A DNA stretch of 62,912 nt from an uncultured Chitinophagaceae bacterium (lineage in GTDB: Bacteria > Bacteroidota > Bacteroidia > Chitinophagales > LD1). The notes below the pieces were generated by a model, which saw nothing but the letters and a program-made list of their open reading frames with translations, was not told the origin of the DNA and ran no database searches. The stretch is taken from assembly GCA_964650845.1 (NCBI GenBank), contig CAZYXR010000002.1, positions 15,603 through 78,514 on the forward strand, given 5' to 3'. A program made the translations under genes and the position numbers. Shown here piece by piece: positions 11,389-20,984 of the stretch (the stretch's first letter is position 1; each line of letters starts with the position of its first letter).

Positions 11389-12402
11389 ATGAAAAATCTT
11401 TTTTGGGGAGGTTATATTCTTGTTGTTTGCTTATCGCTATTAATAGCAATTGAGTGGGTGTGTATGGGCAGCTTAAAATCTAAAGGAATTGCACAGTCTT
11501 TTTTTTTTAGCAACGAAACAAAAGAAGAATTTACCAACTACTATCAAGGGTTTCGTTTTGATTTAATTGACCCCTTGTTGGGTTGGGGAAGAACACCAAA
11601 AGATGTAACAAGGGCGGGCTATACCTTTGATAATGATTGCGTTTCGTTAGAAAATACTCGGGGCAACATTACTATCATAGTAACAGGGGGATCTACTTCT
11701 GATGTTATTTTACATCCTGAAAATTGGCCTATACTATTGCAAAAACTGCTTAATGAAAACCAAGTATCTGCAAAAGTTGTAGTAGCAGCCGTAGGCGGTT
11801 ACAACAGCGGACAGGAATTGTTTAAAATGGTTCGCGATGGCATAACTTGCAATCCCACTATTCACATTTCGTATTGCGGAGCAAACGAAGTTGAAACCCC
11901 GGCTTATGTGTCGGAGTATGAATATGCCGCATACAAGGATATGATGAATGGGAGCAATGTTCCCGCTTTGCTGCCTAATACAGTTATGGTAATTCGTTCG
12001 TGGATATATTCAAAAGATGAAATGCATCTCAAACAACAAAATGAGTTTATACCTTTTGATTTTTATGCGCGAAATATGCAACTAATGTATGGCATCAGTT
12101 ATGCCAACAACTATACTTTTTTAGGGATATTGCAACCCGTGGTCAATAGCGGGAGCTATCAACAACCTGAAGTGGAAGTCAAGAACGACTGGCGTTCAAC
12201 GCAATACAAGGAAAATTATCCGGCTATGAAATTGTTTGCCGACTCCACTCCTTATATGGCTAATTTTTCAAACGTATTTGACACTTGTACAGGTAAAGTT
12301 TTTTTAGATGATTGCCATTTAACAGATGGTTATCAAAAAATAATTGCAGTGAAAGTATATGACGAATTAGTGAAACGCAATCTATTGACCACAATAAAAT
12401 GA
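11389..12402 (+). CDS. membrane-anchored SGNH/AlgX-like hydrolase or O-acyltransferase (paralogue 1)
   Basis: An N-terminal TM helix, block-I-like IIVTGGSTSDV, GGYNSGQE, and a C-terminal DDCHLTDGY (DxxH block). The motif pattern matches the ORFs at 28100-29330 and 32686-34056. Confidence 0.45.
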   Translation: MKNLFWGGYILVVCLSLLIAIEWVCMGSLKSKGIAQSFFFSNETKEEFTNYYQGFRFDLIDPLLGWGRTPKDVTRAGYTFDNDCVSLENTRGNITIIVTGGSTSDVILHPENWPILLQKLLNENQVSAKVVVAAVGGYNSGQELFKMVRDGITCNPTIHISYCGANEVETPAYVSEYEYAAYKDMMNGSNVPALLPNTVMVIRSWIYSKDEMHLKQQNEFIPFDFYARNMQLMYGISYANNYTFLGILQPVVNSGSYQQPEVEVKNDWRSTQYKENYPAMKLFADSTPYMANFSNVFDTCTGKVFLDDCHLTDGYQKIIAVKVYDELVKRNLLTTIK

Positions 12403-12515
12403 AGCAAAGAGATTTGTCAGATATTTTCAGGTGGTACGAAAACAATATTGCGTTTTTTTGACTTATCAACCCAAGTTGGCTAAGTCGATTTTTTAATCGT
12501 TTTTTTTGATGGTCA

Positions 12516-13274
12516 TCATTTTCCCCGAAACAAAACCTTGTTTTTACTTGTGCTATAAAATGACCTAAAGAAGGAATGAAAATAATATTGTATCAACTCA
12601 TTCAAAACATTTACAATACTTGATAACTTGGTTGATGTGGCGGTGCCGCTTATTCTTTGTTGCTGCTCCACAGGAATTTCTATTATTCTAAATTTCTTTC
12701 GGGACGCCTCAATAATTACTTCCGCAAGCATAAAAATACCGTTTGCCTTTATATCTATTTCTTTAAAAATGGCTGTTCTATATAAGTGAATCCAATTATA
12801 ATCCTTCAGATTTAGCCCAAACAACACAGAAACTAAAAAATGATAGGTCAACGAGTTAAATAGCATCATTTTAGAATAGCCCGCTCTTTGCATTCTATAA
12901 CTAATTACAATGTCGCAATTAGAATGTTCTTGTAAAAAAAGGTTTAGTGTTTTTTCATCAACAGGGCTGTCAACTGGTACGCATATAGCATACTCGGATT
13001 CGCATATATTTAATGCACTTTTTACAGCACCCCCAAAACCTTTATTTGTCAAATGAGTAATGCACTTGACATTTGTATGCTCTGCCAAAAACACATCAAT
13101 AATATGTTGCGAAGTGTCAGAGCTTGCATCATTTACAATAATTATCTCAAAATCAACAAGTAATAAAAAGGCGGAACTATAGGTTTTTGATAATGATTCT
13201 AACAAATATTCCTCTTCATTATACACAGGAACAATGATGGAAAGAGGTGTACTATACTTTGACAATAGATCCAT
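12516..13274 (-). CDS. family 2 glycosyltransferase
   Basis: LSIIVPVYNEEEYL and IIIVNDASSDTS are typical of the GT2 N-terminal region. Confidence 0.85.
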   Translation of the reverse strand: MDLLSKYSTPLSIIVPVYNEEEYLLESLSKTYSSAFLLLVDFEIIIVNDASSDTSQHIIDVFLAEHTNVKCITHLTNKGFGGAVKSALNICESEYAICVPVDSPVDEKTLNLFLQEHSNCDIVISYRMQRAGYSKMMLFNSLTYHFLVSVLFGLNLKDYNWIHLYRTAIFKEIDIKANGIFMLAEVIIEASRKKFRIIEIPVEQQQRISGTATSTKLSSIVNVLNELIQYYFHSFFRSFYSTSKNKVLFRGK

Positions 13275-14244
13275 TGGCTATAACACTTTTTTCAATCGCT
13301 TCAATCACTTTTACAACATTTAATCCATTACTCCAGCCGCTTAAAGGTTTTTTATTGTCTAAAACACAGGTAATAAAATGATAAAGTTCATTATACAAAG
13401 GGGTGTTTTTAGGTTTTTCGATTTGCTCTGAATGAATAAATCGATCTCTTCCGCTTTCATCTATATCGTTAGAAAGAGTGGTTTTGTATCTGTATATGGT
13501 TGCTTTATTTTCAGGGGTCATTTCATCAAAATAGATGCAACCTTGATTTCCTATAATTTTCATTACTCTTGTTTTTATTGGTTCTATCCAAGAAACAAAG
13601 ATATCCACAGAAACGTCATTTGGGTAACTTAGGTGAATATTGCATGAATCAATTTTATCACTCTTTAATATTCTGTTTCCTGTTGCGCTTACACTTATCG
13701 GAACATCGGTCAATAAAAAATTAGAGATAGCAATATCGTGTGTTGCCAAGTCATAAATAACATCAGTGTCATATCTTATGGGTCCAAAATTACATCGCTG
13801 AAAATGTAGTTGTCGAACCGCTCCAATATCTCCATTGTTCAACAATTCTTTGGCATTGATGATAGTTTCGTTGTACAAATAGGTGTGTCCAACCATTAGT
13901 ATTGATGAGTGGGCTTCTGCAATTCCCCCTAAAACCTCACATTCTTTTGCGGTTTCGGCTAGCGGCTTTTCACAAAACACATGTTTGTTTACCAGTAACA
14001 ATCGTCTAGCTAAATCAAAATGACTGCTAAGTTCCGTTGCTATTATTACAGCATTAACCGAATGGTCTTGCTCTATAGCAGAGAGAGTATCGTAGAACTG
14101 GATGTCAGGATTTTGTTTTTGTATTGCTGCTTTGCGGGTAGGTGAAATTTCAAACAGTTTTATGTTCGTAATACTTTCTATTGCTCTGCACGTTTGTAAA
14201 ATTTTATTTCCCCAATAGCCACAACCAATTATCGCTATATTCAT
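13252..14244 (-). CDS. Gfo/Idh/MocA family NAD(P)-dependent oxidoreductase
   Basis: Rossmann start MNIAIIGCGYWGNK and the EKPLAET motif. It overlaps the downstream GT2 gene by 23 nt. Confidence 0.85.
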   Translation of the reverse strand: MNIAIIGCGYWGNKILQTCRAIESITNIKLFEISPTRKAAIQKQNPDIQFYDTLSAIEQDHSVNAVIIATELSSHFDLARRLLLVNKHVFCEKPLAETAKECEVLGGIAEAHSSILMVGHTYLYNETIINAKELLNNGDIGAVRQLHFQRCNFGPIRYDTDVIYDLATHDIAISNFLLTDVPISVSATGNRILKSDKIDSCNIHLSYPNDVSVDIFVSWIEPIKTRVMKIIGNQGCIYFDEMTPENKATIYRYKTTLSNDIDESGRDRFIHSEQIEKPKNTPLYNELYHFITCVLDNKKPLSGWSNGLNVVKVIEAIEKSVIANGSIVKV

Positions 14245-14431
14245 TTGTAAACAAGCAAGATTTTATTCTAAAAAAAGGGGTGAAGATATTCAAGAATTAG
14301 TATTGAAAATTACCGAACACTCTAAGTTTTGGGAAGCCCCCAAAAGTAGCATTGGGTAAAAAAATGTCGAAAGCAAAGGTAGTAAAAAACATTTGCGCTT
14401 ACTTTATTTGAATTCAACAACATCAATCAAT

Positions 14432-16150
14432 TCAAATATCTTCAAACTTAATGGTATAGTAGTATAAGGGGCCCTTTTCATAATCTATCCTATTGATATA
14501 AAAGTCACCAGGAGTTTTATGATAATACATATTTTTATTGTGAACAATTTTCAAATAGGACTGTAGAAACTCCATTTCGTTGTCTGCGGATACGATTATC
14601 ACATTATCCTCCATCTTACTTATAGCCTGATAGAAATCAACTACTTTTCTTGAGTTACAATCGCATAAATCATCAAGAAACTTACCATACTGAGGAAAAA
14701 GAGGCATCTCTGCCATATTAAAATATGCAATTGTACCTACCTTATCGAATTTATGCAATTGTGTTGGTGATCCGAAAAAAATTGTTTTTGAGCTTTTGTC
14801 TAAAAGCAATATCCTGTTACGTGCTATTTGGTTTATCTCTGTTTCTACCAACTCCATATTTTTTGAGTTTTGCCTAAAATCGGCAGCATACCGATACTCT
14901 GTGAGGAATGAAAATAAAACAACTCCACCAAGAGCGACCATATAAAGAAGTGTAGAACGATTCCGGCAATAAAAAGTGCCTCGTGTTTCGCGAAAAATAA
15001 AAAAGAGATTACAGAAAGTATAAATTTGAGATAAGTGGATATAGTGCCTGTCTTCCATTGTTATGGTGTACGCGACTGCGAAAATCATACCCCAAAAACA
15101 TACTTGAAAAAAGACATATTCTTTCCTTTTTGATTGTAAATGGGTAAGTACAAAAATTAAGAATAGAAAATTCAATAAAACATATTGCAGATGTTGAGTT
15201 ATTGTGGTTCCACTGGCACTCCATATACGCTCAATTCTTTCCGATATTTTGAAAGTACCCTCGCAGCTAATCTTCTTTTTCGCCATTGATTGGATAAAAT
15301 CAACGGTTATTTCTTCTTCATCGTTAATAAAGAAATTTGAAACCGCGTCCATTTTCATACTGTCTTTTGGCGAAGCCGAATCAAGCATACATTCATTTAA
15401 CCCGCCATCTGCAACATAGTACAATGCCCCTTCGGTTTGTTTAAGAAACGGACTATCGTCAAGAGAGTTAAAAGACAAGTGCGTTATTGCCAATCCGGGC
15501 AAAAGCAATAAAAAAATTATAATGATTGCCTTAAGTTTCTGAGAAGTATTAATAACAATGAATACACCTACAATTATTGATGCCGCCAACGCGGTTTCTT
15601 GTCGGCATAAAAACCCTATCAGGTAAATACACAAAGGAACAAGCAGTAAGGCTATGGTTTTAAATTGAAACCCGATGTTTTTAATAAGGGCATATAGCAG
15701 CGGCAAAGTTGCACCACAAAGAATGATCGACAACCCTGTTAAACTGTTGGGTTTAAATAGAGAAGGAGTAATAATTGCAAAGAAAAGGATAGTAAAAAAG
15801 CATAGTTGCTTTCCTTTTGGGTCTTTTATTCTTTGGTAAAGCATCACAAAAGCTACTCCATAGCCTATCCAGTAAAGAAAAATAACTGTCCACCCATAAA
15901 CTGCAATATCAGGCATCTTTTGTTGTAGCCACCTAAGAAGGTCTGATATGCCAAACATTCCGTAGATATAAGTATGTGTGATTGTATCTCTTGTGGCGAT
16001 ACCTACTGTGGCGTGCGCCATAAATCCGTCATTATGATCCCAATGGCGAGGCAGGAAAAAGCAAGCGGAAAAGTAAAGAATAGAGTAGAAAAAGAAAATA
16101 CCAAGCGGATGATTTAAAAGAGTTGTAACTCTATTTTCTTGATTTTTCAC
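14432..16150 (-). CDS. large polytopic membrane protein with a C-terminal soluble domain (possibly GT-C/polymerase-like)
   Basis: 572 aa, with roughly ten hydrophobic segments in the N-terminal ~400 aa. I recognised no catalytic motif, so the function is an inference from context. Confidence 0.45.
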   Translation of the reverse strand: MKNQENRVTTLLNHPLGIFFFYSILYFSACFFLPRHWDHNDGFMAHATVGIATRDTITHTYIYGMFGISDLLRWLQQKMPDIAVYGWTVIFLYWIGYGVAFVMLYQRIKDPKGKQLCFFTILFFAIITPSLFKPNSLTGLSIILCGATLPLLYALIKNIGFQFKTIALLLVPLCIYLIGFLCRQETALAASIIVGVFIVINTSQKLKAIIIIFLLLLPGLAITHLSFNSLDDSPFLKQTEGALYYVADGGLNECMLDSASPKDSMKMDAVSNFFINDEEEITVDFIQSMAKKKISCEGTFKISERIERIWSASGTTITQHLQYVLLNFLFLIFVLTHLQSKRKEYVFFQVCFWGMIFAVAYTITMEDRHYIHLSQIYTFCNLFFIFRETRGTFYCRNRSTLLYMVALGGVVLFSFLTEYRYAADFRQNSKNMELVETEINQIARNRILLLDKSSKTIFFGSPTQLHKFDKVGTIAYFNMAEMPLFPQYGKFLDDLCDCNSRKVVDFYQAISKMEDNVIIVSADNEMEFLQSYLKIVHNKNMYYHKTPGDFYINRIDYEKGPLYYYTIKFEDI

Positions 16151-16482
16151 AGTTGTTTATTTTTTTTGAAGTACGACAACTTAAAATGTTTAATTTCATG
16201 TAATTATGTAGATGTATGTAAGGGTTTTTCGATTGTCATGTCTAAACGCGCATTCTTTAAATGATGTTGATGTTAACGCTCTTGATATTTTGAACAAAGA
16301 GGAAGTTGTTGATAAACTGTACCATTGTTAGTGCTGATTTTTGGAGGTAAGTTTAGTATAAAATACGAAGAACGTTTTTACAGAATATTGCCTAACTATA
16401 AACAGGTCGTGAGCTGTAGTAATGTTTTGTGTAGCACTTTTTATTGAAGGTTTTTTTGATACATTTGACCATTGCATGTTGT

Positions 16483-17955
16483 ATGAAGGTATTATTCTTA
16501 AATCCTCCTGATAAAAATACCGTTCCAGAGGCTCCTGATGATAGCGGAGAAGGCTATTTAGAAGCTGACGACTATGGGTATTTCCCCCCATTGGGGATGT
16601 TGTATGTGCTCTCCTATACAGAAAAAAAACACCCTCATCATCAGTATTTTTTTATTGATGCCGTAGGCGAAAAGTTAGACTACGAAAAACTCCATCACCG
16701 CATTAGTGCAATTAAACCCGATATTGTTGGTATCACGAGTTTCACTATATCATTGACCGATGTAGTTTTATCTGCGCAGGTAGTAAGAAAGATTGTTCCT
16801 GATTCGCATATATGTCTTGGAGGGCATCATCCTACTGCTTTTGCTTATGAAGCGACTCAATTGTCAGCATTTGATTCTATTGTGGTAGGCGAAGGTGAGT
16901 ATGCATTTTCAGAGCTTGTTTACAGAATAGAAAATAGTTTGGACTACACAGATATTTTAGGCGTTTACACTAAAGATTCTATCCGTAATTTTATTCAGCA
17001 AGAATTTAAAGACACCCGTTTCTTGGCGCACATGAATGTGCCCCCGGCATACGTGGAGGAAGTGGATGATATACCGCCTCCCAATAGAGATTACATAAAA
17101 CATATTAGCTACAACAGCATTGTAGGGGTTAGTGGTAAGTTAGCTACTATGATATCAACCAGAGGCTGCCCTTACAAATGCACGTTTTGTGATGTGCCAT
17201 ACAAAAAATACAGGCAACGAGATTTGGATTTGGTTATGGACGAGATTGAAACATGCCTTGCCATGGGATATGACGAGTTTCATTTTTATGACGATTTATT
17301 TAATGTAAATGCTAAGAAGATAATTTCATTTTGCGATGCTCTTGAAAGACGAAATTTGAATATTGTGTGGGACTTCAGAGGAAGAGTGAATGGTGTTACA
17401 AGAGAGTCGTTGGTTAGGGCTAAGGAAGTTGGTTTAAGGCAAATTTCTTTCGGAATAGAAACAGGCTCAGATATAGGGTTGCAAACTTTACGCAAGGGCA
17501 CGAACACAGAACAAATGCTTAATTGTTTTGAATGGTGCAAAGAATTAGGAATAAAAACTGTTGCCAATTTTATGATCGGGCTTCCTCATGAAAAATCTGT
17601 ACAGGATATACGAGATAACGTAGATTTTCTAATCCGCTTAAATCCCAACTATACCCTGATTAATGTTTTAAGTTTATATCCTCATACTGAAGTTCACAAG
17701 CAAGCACTTGCGAAGGGCTTGGCTAAAGAAGGCGAGTGGGAAAGATTTTCGCTCGACCCTCTAAACTACAAATTCAGAGTAGAGCATTGGACAGAGTATG
17801 TTAGTGAAGCAGAATTGGTTAAACTTCAACGAGAGTCTTACAAAAGGTTTTATTTCCGCCCTCGATACATTTGGAACAGCATTAGAACTATAACAACGGC
17901 ACACGAGTTAAAATCAAAAATGCGTGGGGTGATGAAACTATTAAGTATGAATTAG
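16483..17955 (+). CDS. B12-binding domain radical SAM enzyme (class B)
   Basis: An N-terminal cobalamin-binding-type domain (KVLFLNPP...PPLGMLYVLSY...DIVGITSFT...CLGGHHPT) and a CxxxCxxC motif (GCPYKCTFCDV). I place the start at ATG 16483. Confidence 0.85.
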   Translation: MKVLFLNPPDKNTVPEAPDDSGEGYLEADDYGYFPPLGMLYVLSYTEKKHPHHQYFFIDAVGEKLDYEKLHHRISAIKPDIVGITSFTISLTDVVLSAQVVRKIVPDSHICLGGHHPTAFAYEATQLSAFDSIVVGEGEYAFSELVYRIENSLDYTDILGVYTKDSIRNFIQQEFKDTRFLAHMNVPPAYVEEVDDIPPPNRDYIKHISYNSIVGVSGKLATMISTRGCPYKCTFCDVPYKKYRQRDLDLVMDEIETCLAMGYDEFHFYDDLFNVNAKKIISFCDALERRNLNIVWDFRGRVNGVTRESLVRAKEVGLRQISFGIETGSDIGLQTLRKGTNTEQMLNCFEWCKELGIKTVANFMIGLPHEKSVQDIRDNVDFLIRLNPNYTLINVLSLYPHTEVHKQALAKGLAKEGEWERFSLDPLNYKFRVEHWTEYVSEAELVKLQRESYKRFYFRPRYIWNSIRTITTAHELKSKMRGVMKLLSMN

Positions 17956-18081
17956 AGGAGATTCAACACAGAGAACTTCGTCAATAGGTTTGTTTTACCA
18001 ATGAGAGAATTAGGAAAATAATAATATTTATTTGAGCTTTGAGAGGTATGGATAAATAAACAGTTTAAAGAAAGTACAATA

Positions 18082-19068
18082 ATGATAACCGAATTAATCA
18101 ACAAAATAACCAAAAGGTCATCTAACGAGATTGTTAAGTGGCTGCCGATAAAACAAAGTTTTATCAACGAAGAAGAATATACCAATGTTATTCACGACAA
18201 AGGATATGTGATTGCGGGAAAGTTAACTGAAGACCAGTTGAGCCAACTAAGAAAGCTGTATAGCGAATTGCATAATTTTCAACAGCAAGAGGGTGGGATG
18301 TTTTATAGTGTGTATTCGCGAGATGTTGCCTACCGTAAAAAGGTAAACGATGATATTCGCGCTATTTTAAAGCCAACGTACGATACCCTTTTCCACCACT
18401 ACAAAACCGTTATCAATTCTTATATTGTAAAAGTAAGTGGCCCCGAAAGCGAATTTTCACTACATCAAGATTCTACAGGATTGGATGAAATGATTTATTC
18501 GTGTCTGAGCGTGTGGATTCCTTTGCAGGACACAAATTACACAAACGGCTGCTTGAGTGTGGTTCCGCACAGCCACAAAATGTTTTCGCCATATCGAGGA
18601 ATTTCGTTTCCGCAGCAATTTGAAAGCATCAGTAACACCGTTCGCAAATATTTACAGCCAATAGAAATGAAGGCGGGAGAAATATTATTGTTTGACAATC
18701 GTTTAGTTCACACATCAGGTGTAAATAGTTCGGGCGAAGATAGGGTTGTGGTAATGTCTGGCATCTTCCCGTCTGATGCAAAAATAGTTTCTTGTTATAA
18801 AGACGCAACTGTTGAAAACAGCCCAATAGAAATTATTGAACAAGCCGATGATTATCTCATCACATTCGAAAATTTCTTCCACGATTGCACTTGCCGCCCC
18901 GAAACAGGAACTTTAATTGGCACATCGAATTGGGACACATCGCAGATGAGTGAAAAGCAATTTTTGGTTCTTTGTAAAGAATATGGATTGAAAGAAAACA
19001 GCAACTGCGATTATTGGAAAGCATCCGAACGACAATCAATCATAGGCGAACCCGTTACGAAACAATGA
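18082..19068 (+). CDS. PhyH (phytanoyl-CoA dioxygenase) family Fe(II)/2OG oxygenase, paralogue 1
   Basis: LHQDSTGLDE (HxD), WIPLQDTNYTNGCLSVVPHSH, and RLVHTSGVNSSGEDR (distal His and Arg). Confidence 0.8.
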   Translation: MITELINKITKRSSNEIVKWLPIKQSFINEEEYTNVIHDKGYVIAGKLTEDQLSQLRKLYSELHNFQQQEGGMFYSVYSRDVAYRKKVNDDIRAILKPTYDTLFHHYKTVINSYIVKVSGPESEFSLHQDSTGLDEMIYSCLSVWIPLQDTNYTNGCLSVVPHSHKMFSPYRGISFPQQFESISNTVRKYLQPIEMKAGEILLFDNRLVHTSGVNSSGEDRVVVMSGIFPSDAKIVSCYKDATVENSPIEIIEQADDYLITFENFFHDCTCRPETGTLIGTSNWDTSQMSEKQFLVLCKEYGLKENSNCDYWKASERQSIIGEPVTKQ

Positions 19069-19874
19069 CCTCGATTTTTAAAAACGAAGCGCATCAAAAA
19101 GAAATCAGCCAAAAAGGATTTGTTCAAATTCCTCTTTTGTCGGAGTTTGCTATAAAGGAGCTACTCCTGTTTTTTGAGCAGCAAACAGAGAATGTAATTG
19201 AGCCATTTCATACAACCCACTTCAGTACTAATAAAAATTATAAGCAAGCTACGCATGATATTATCAGCAAAATAGTTTTTGCCGCAGTGGAGCCATTGTT
19301 AGATAATTTCATACCTGTTTTTGGCAATTTTATGGTGAAGCAAGCGGCCGAAAATGTGTTTATGCCATTGCATGCCGATTGGACGTATGTGGATGAGAAC
19401 AAATACAGAAGCATAGCGATTTGGATTCCACTAATAGATACTGACGAAGGAAACGGTTGCTTGGGTGTTATAGAAGGTTCTCATACAATAATGAACAAAA
19501 TTAGAGGGCCAAGAATTCAACAAAGCAGTTACACCCACGATAAGGAATGGGTAAAAACTTTGGGGAAATTATTACCAGCAAAAGCCGGAAGTGCAGTAAT
19601 ATACGATCACGGCTTGTTGCATTTCTCTCCACCAAACCGAAGTGGAAAAATTCGCCCTGCTCTTAATTTATCGCTTGTACCTATGGATGCCGAAACAATT
19701 CATTATTGTATTCCAGAAGGCGCGAGTGAAATAGAGTTATACAAAGTCGAAAATCCACAATTCTATATTCATTACAACAATTTTCAGCGACCAGAAACAG
19801 GAACATTGACAGTAAAATTACCGACTGCCACAGTATCGTTCATTGATGAAAAAATGAAAGCACTTTGTGTGTAG
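19065..19874 (+). CDS. PhyH family Fe(II)/2OG oxygenase, paralogue 2
   Basis: The ATG at 19065 overlaps the upstream TGA (ATGA). Motifs: LHADWTYVDE, WIPLIDTDEGNGCLGVIEGSH, LLHFSPPNRSGKIR. Confidence 0.8.
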   Translation: MTSIFKNEAHQKEISQKGFVQIPLLSEFAIKELLLFFEQQTENVIEPFHTTHFSTNKNYKQATHDIISKIVFAAVEPLLDNFIPVFGNFMVKQAAENVFMPLHADWTYVDENKYRSIAIWIPLIDTDEGNGCLGVIEGSHTIMNKIRGPRIQQSSYTHDKEWVKTLGKLLPAKAGSAVIYDHGLLHFSPPNRSGKIRPALNLSLVPMDAETIHYCIPEGASEIELYKVENPQFYIHYNNFQRPETGTLTVKLPTATVSFIDEKMKALCV

Positions 19875-19964
19875 TATAAAATTGATTGAGGCGCATTCGT
19901 GTTTGATGAAATTGTTTTTGTTTCAAAAGGAAATCAATATTTTCGAGGAAAATAACATCAACAA

Positions 19965-20945
19965 ATGAGTGTAGGTAAAATTTTTTCTTCTTCCCCAATA
20001 AAGTTAATCACTAATCTATTCGGAAAAAGAGATGAAGACTGTTCAATCTCCTCCCAACAACAAAGTGGCAAAGGGAAGCAGCGGATCGATATGTGGGACT
20101 TTCCAACAATGTCTATGGACGATATGTTGAAAAAAGAAACAGCAATCACCGACCTTTACGACAATAAAAAAAATGGATACTTAGTCAAAGGGTTTTTGAG
20201 TCAAGAAGAAGTAGAGTTTGCGTTAGCTAACTTGAAAAAACTTAACGCGACCTCTAATGGAGAATTTCCTAAGGGAGCTGGTTATAGTAACCCTAAAACT
20301 TTTTCTATGCTAGCAGATGAAAAAATAGGGGTAAGCGAAGAATTATTAGATCAATACTTGGCAGAAATTGAACAATATCGTTTGACGCTAGATAATATAT
20401 TCCCTTTTGGCTACGAGGAGCGACTGCTTAATTTTTTCTCATCTATTGAAAGTAATATTGATGTAAAAATACCAGTTATCAAAAGAGGTAAAGACTTAAA
20501 ACAGTTAACAACATCCACTTTTAGATTTTGCTATCCTGATGGCGGAGGAATGAATACTCATGTTGGAAATATGTTTCCTACAATTTATCCATTGTTTTAC
20601 AGTTTCTTAAATAAACTAATGAATATTGAACGCCAAATCAGTTATTTCGTAATGCTTTCGAAGCCAGAAGAAGGAGGAGATTTAGTGCTTTTTGATGCGC
20701 TCTGGGGGGATTTTGTACTATATGACCCAGTAAATAGAAGTATAATAAAGGCAGACGGAAAAAGAGTATTGCTAGCAGATTTGGATAGTCAACCTATTAG
20801 TCCAAATCCTGGCGATTTGATTCTATTTAACGGAGGTGATATATGGCACAAAGTGGATAATCTTTCGGGTTCTAGAAGCAGAATAACAGTGGGAGGCTTT
20901 TTAGCAAAAACGATAAATAACTCAAATATTTATGTTTGGTCGTAG
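19965..20945 (+). CDS. 2OG-Fe(II) oxygenase-fold protein (prolyl-4-hydroxylase-like) with H-V-G in place of HxD
   Basis: YPDGGGMNTHVGN, EEGGDLVLFD, and GDLILFNGGDIWHKVDNLSGSRSRITVGGF match the P4H-like pattern Y..GG....HxD / GGE / H....R by eye. The start is uncertain. Confidence 0.55.
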   Translation: MSVGKIFSSSPIKLITNLFGKRDEDCSISSQQQSGKGKQRIDMWDFPTMSMDDMLKKETAITDLYDNKKNGYLVKGFLSQEEVEFALANLKKLNATSNGEFPKGAGYSNPKTFSMLADEKIGVSEELLDQYLAEIEQYRLTLDNIFPFGYEERLLNFFSSIESNIDVKIPVIKRGKDLKQLTTSTFRFCYPDGGGMNTHVGNMFPTIYPLFYSFLNKLMNIERQISYFVMLSKPEEGGDLVLFDALWGDFVLYDPVNRSIIKADGKRVLLADLDSQPISPNPGDLILFNGGDIWHKVDNLSGSRSRITVGGFLAKTINNSNIYVWS

Positions 20946-20984
20946 TTGTGATTGAATCATTAGCCGGAGCATACAAACCTCAAT

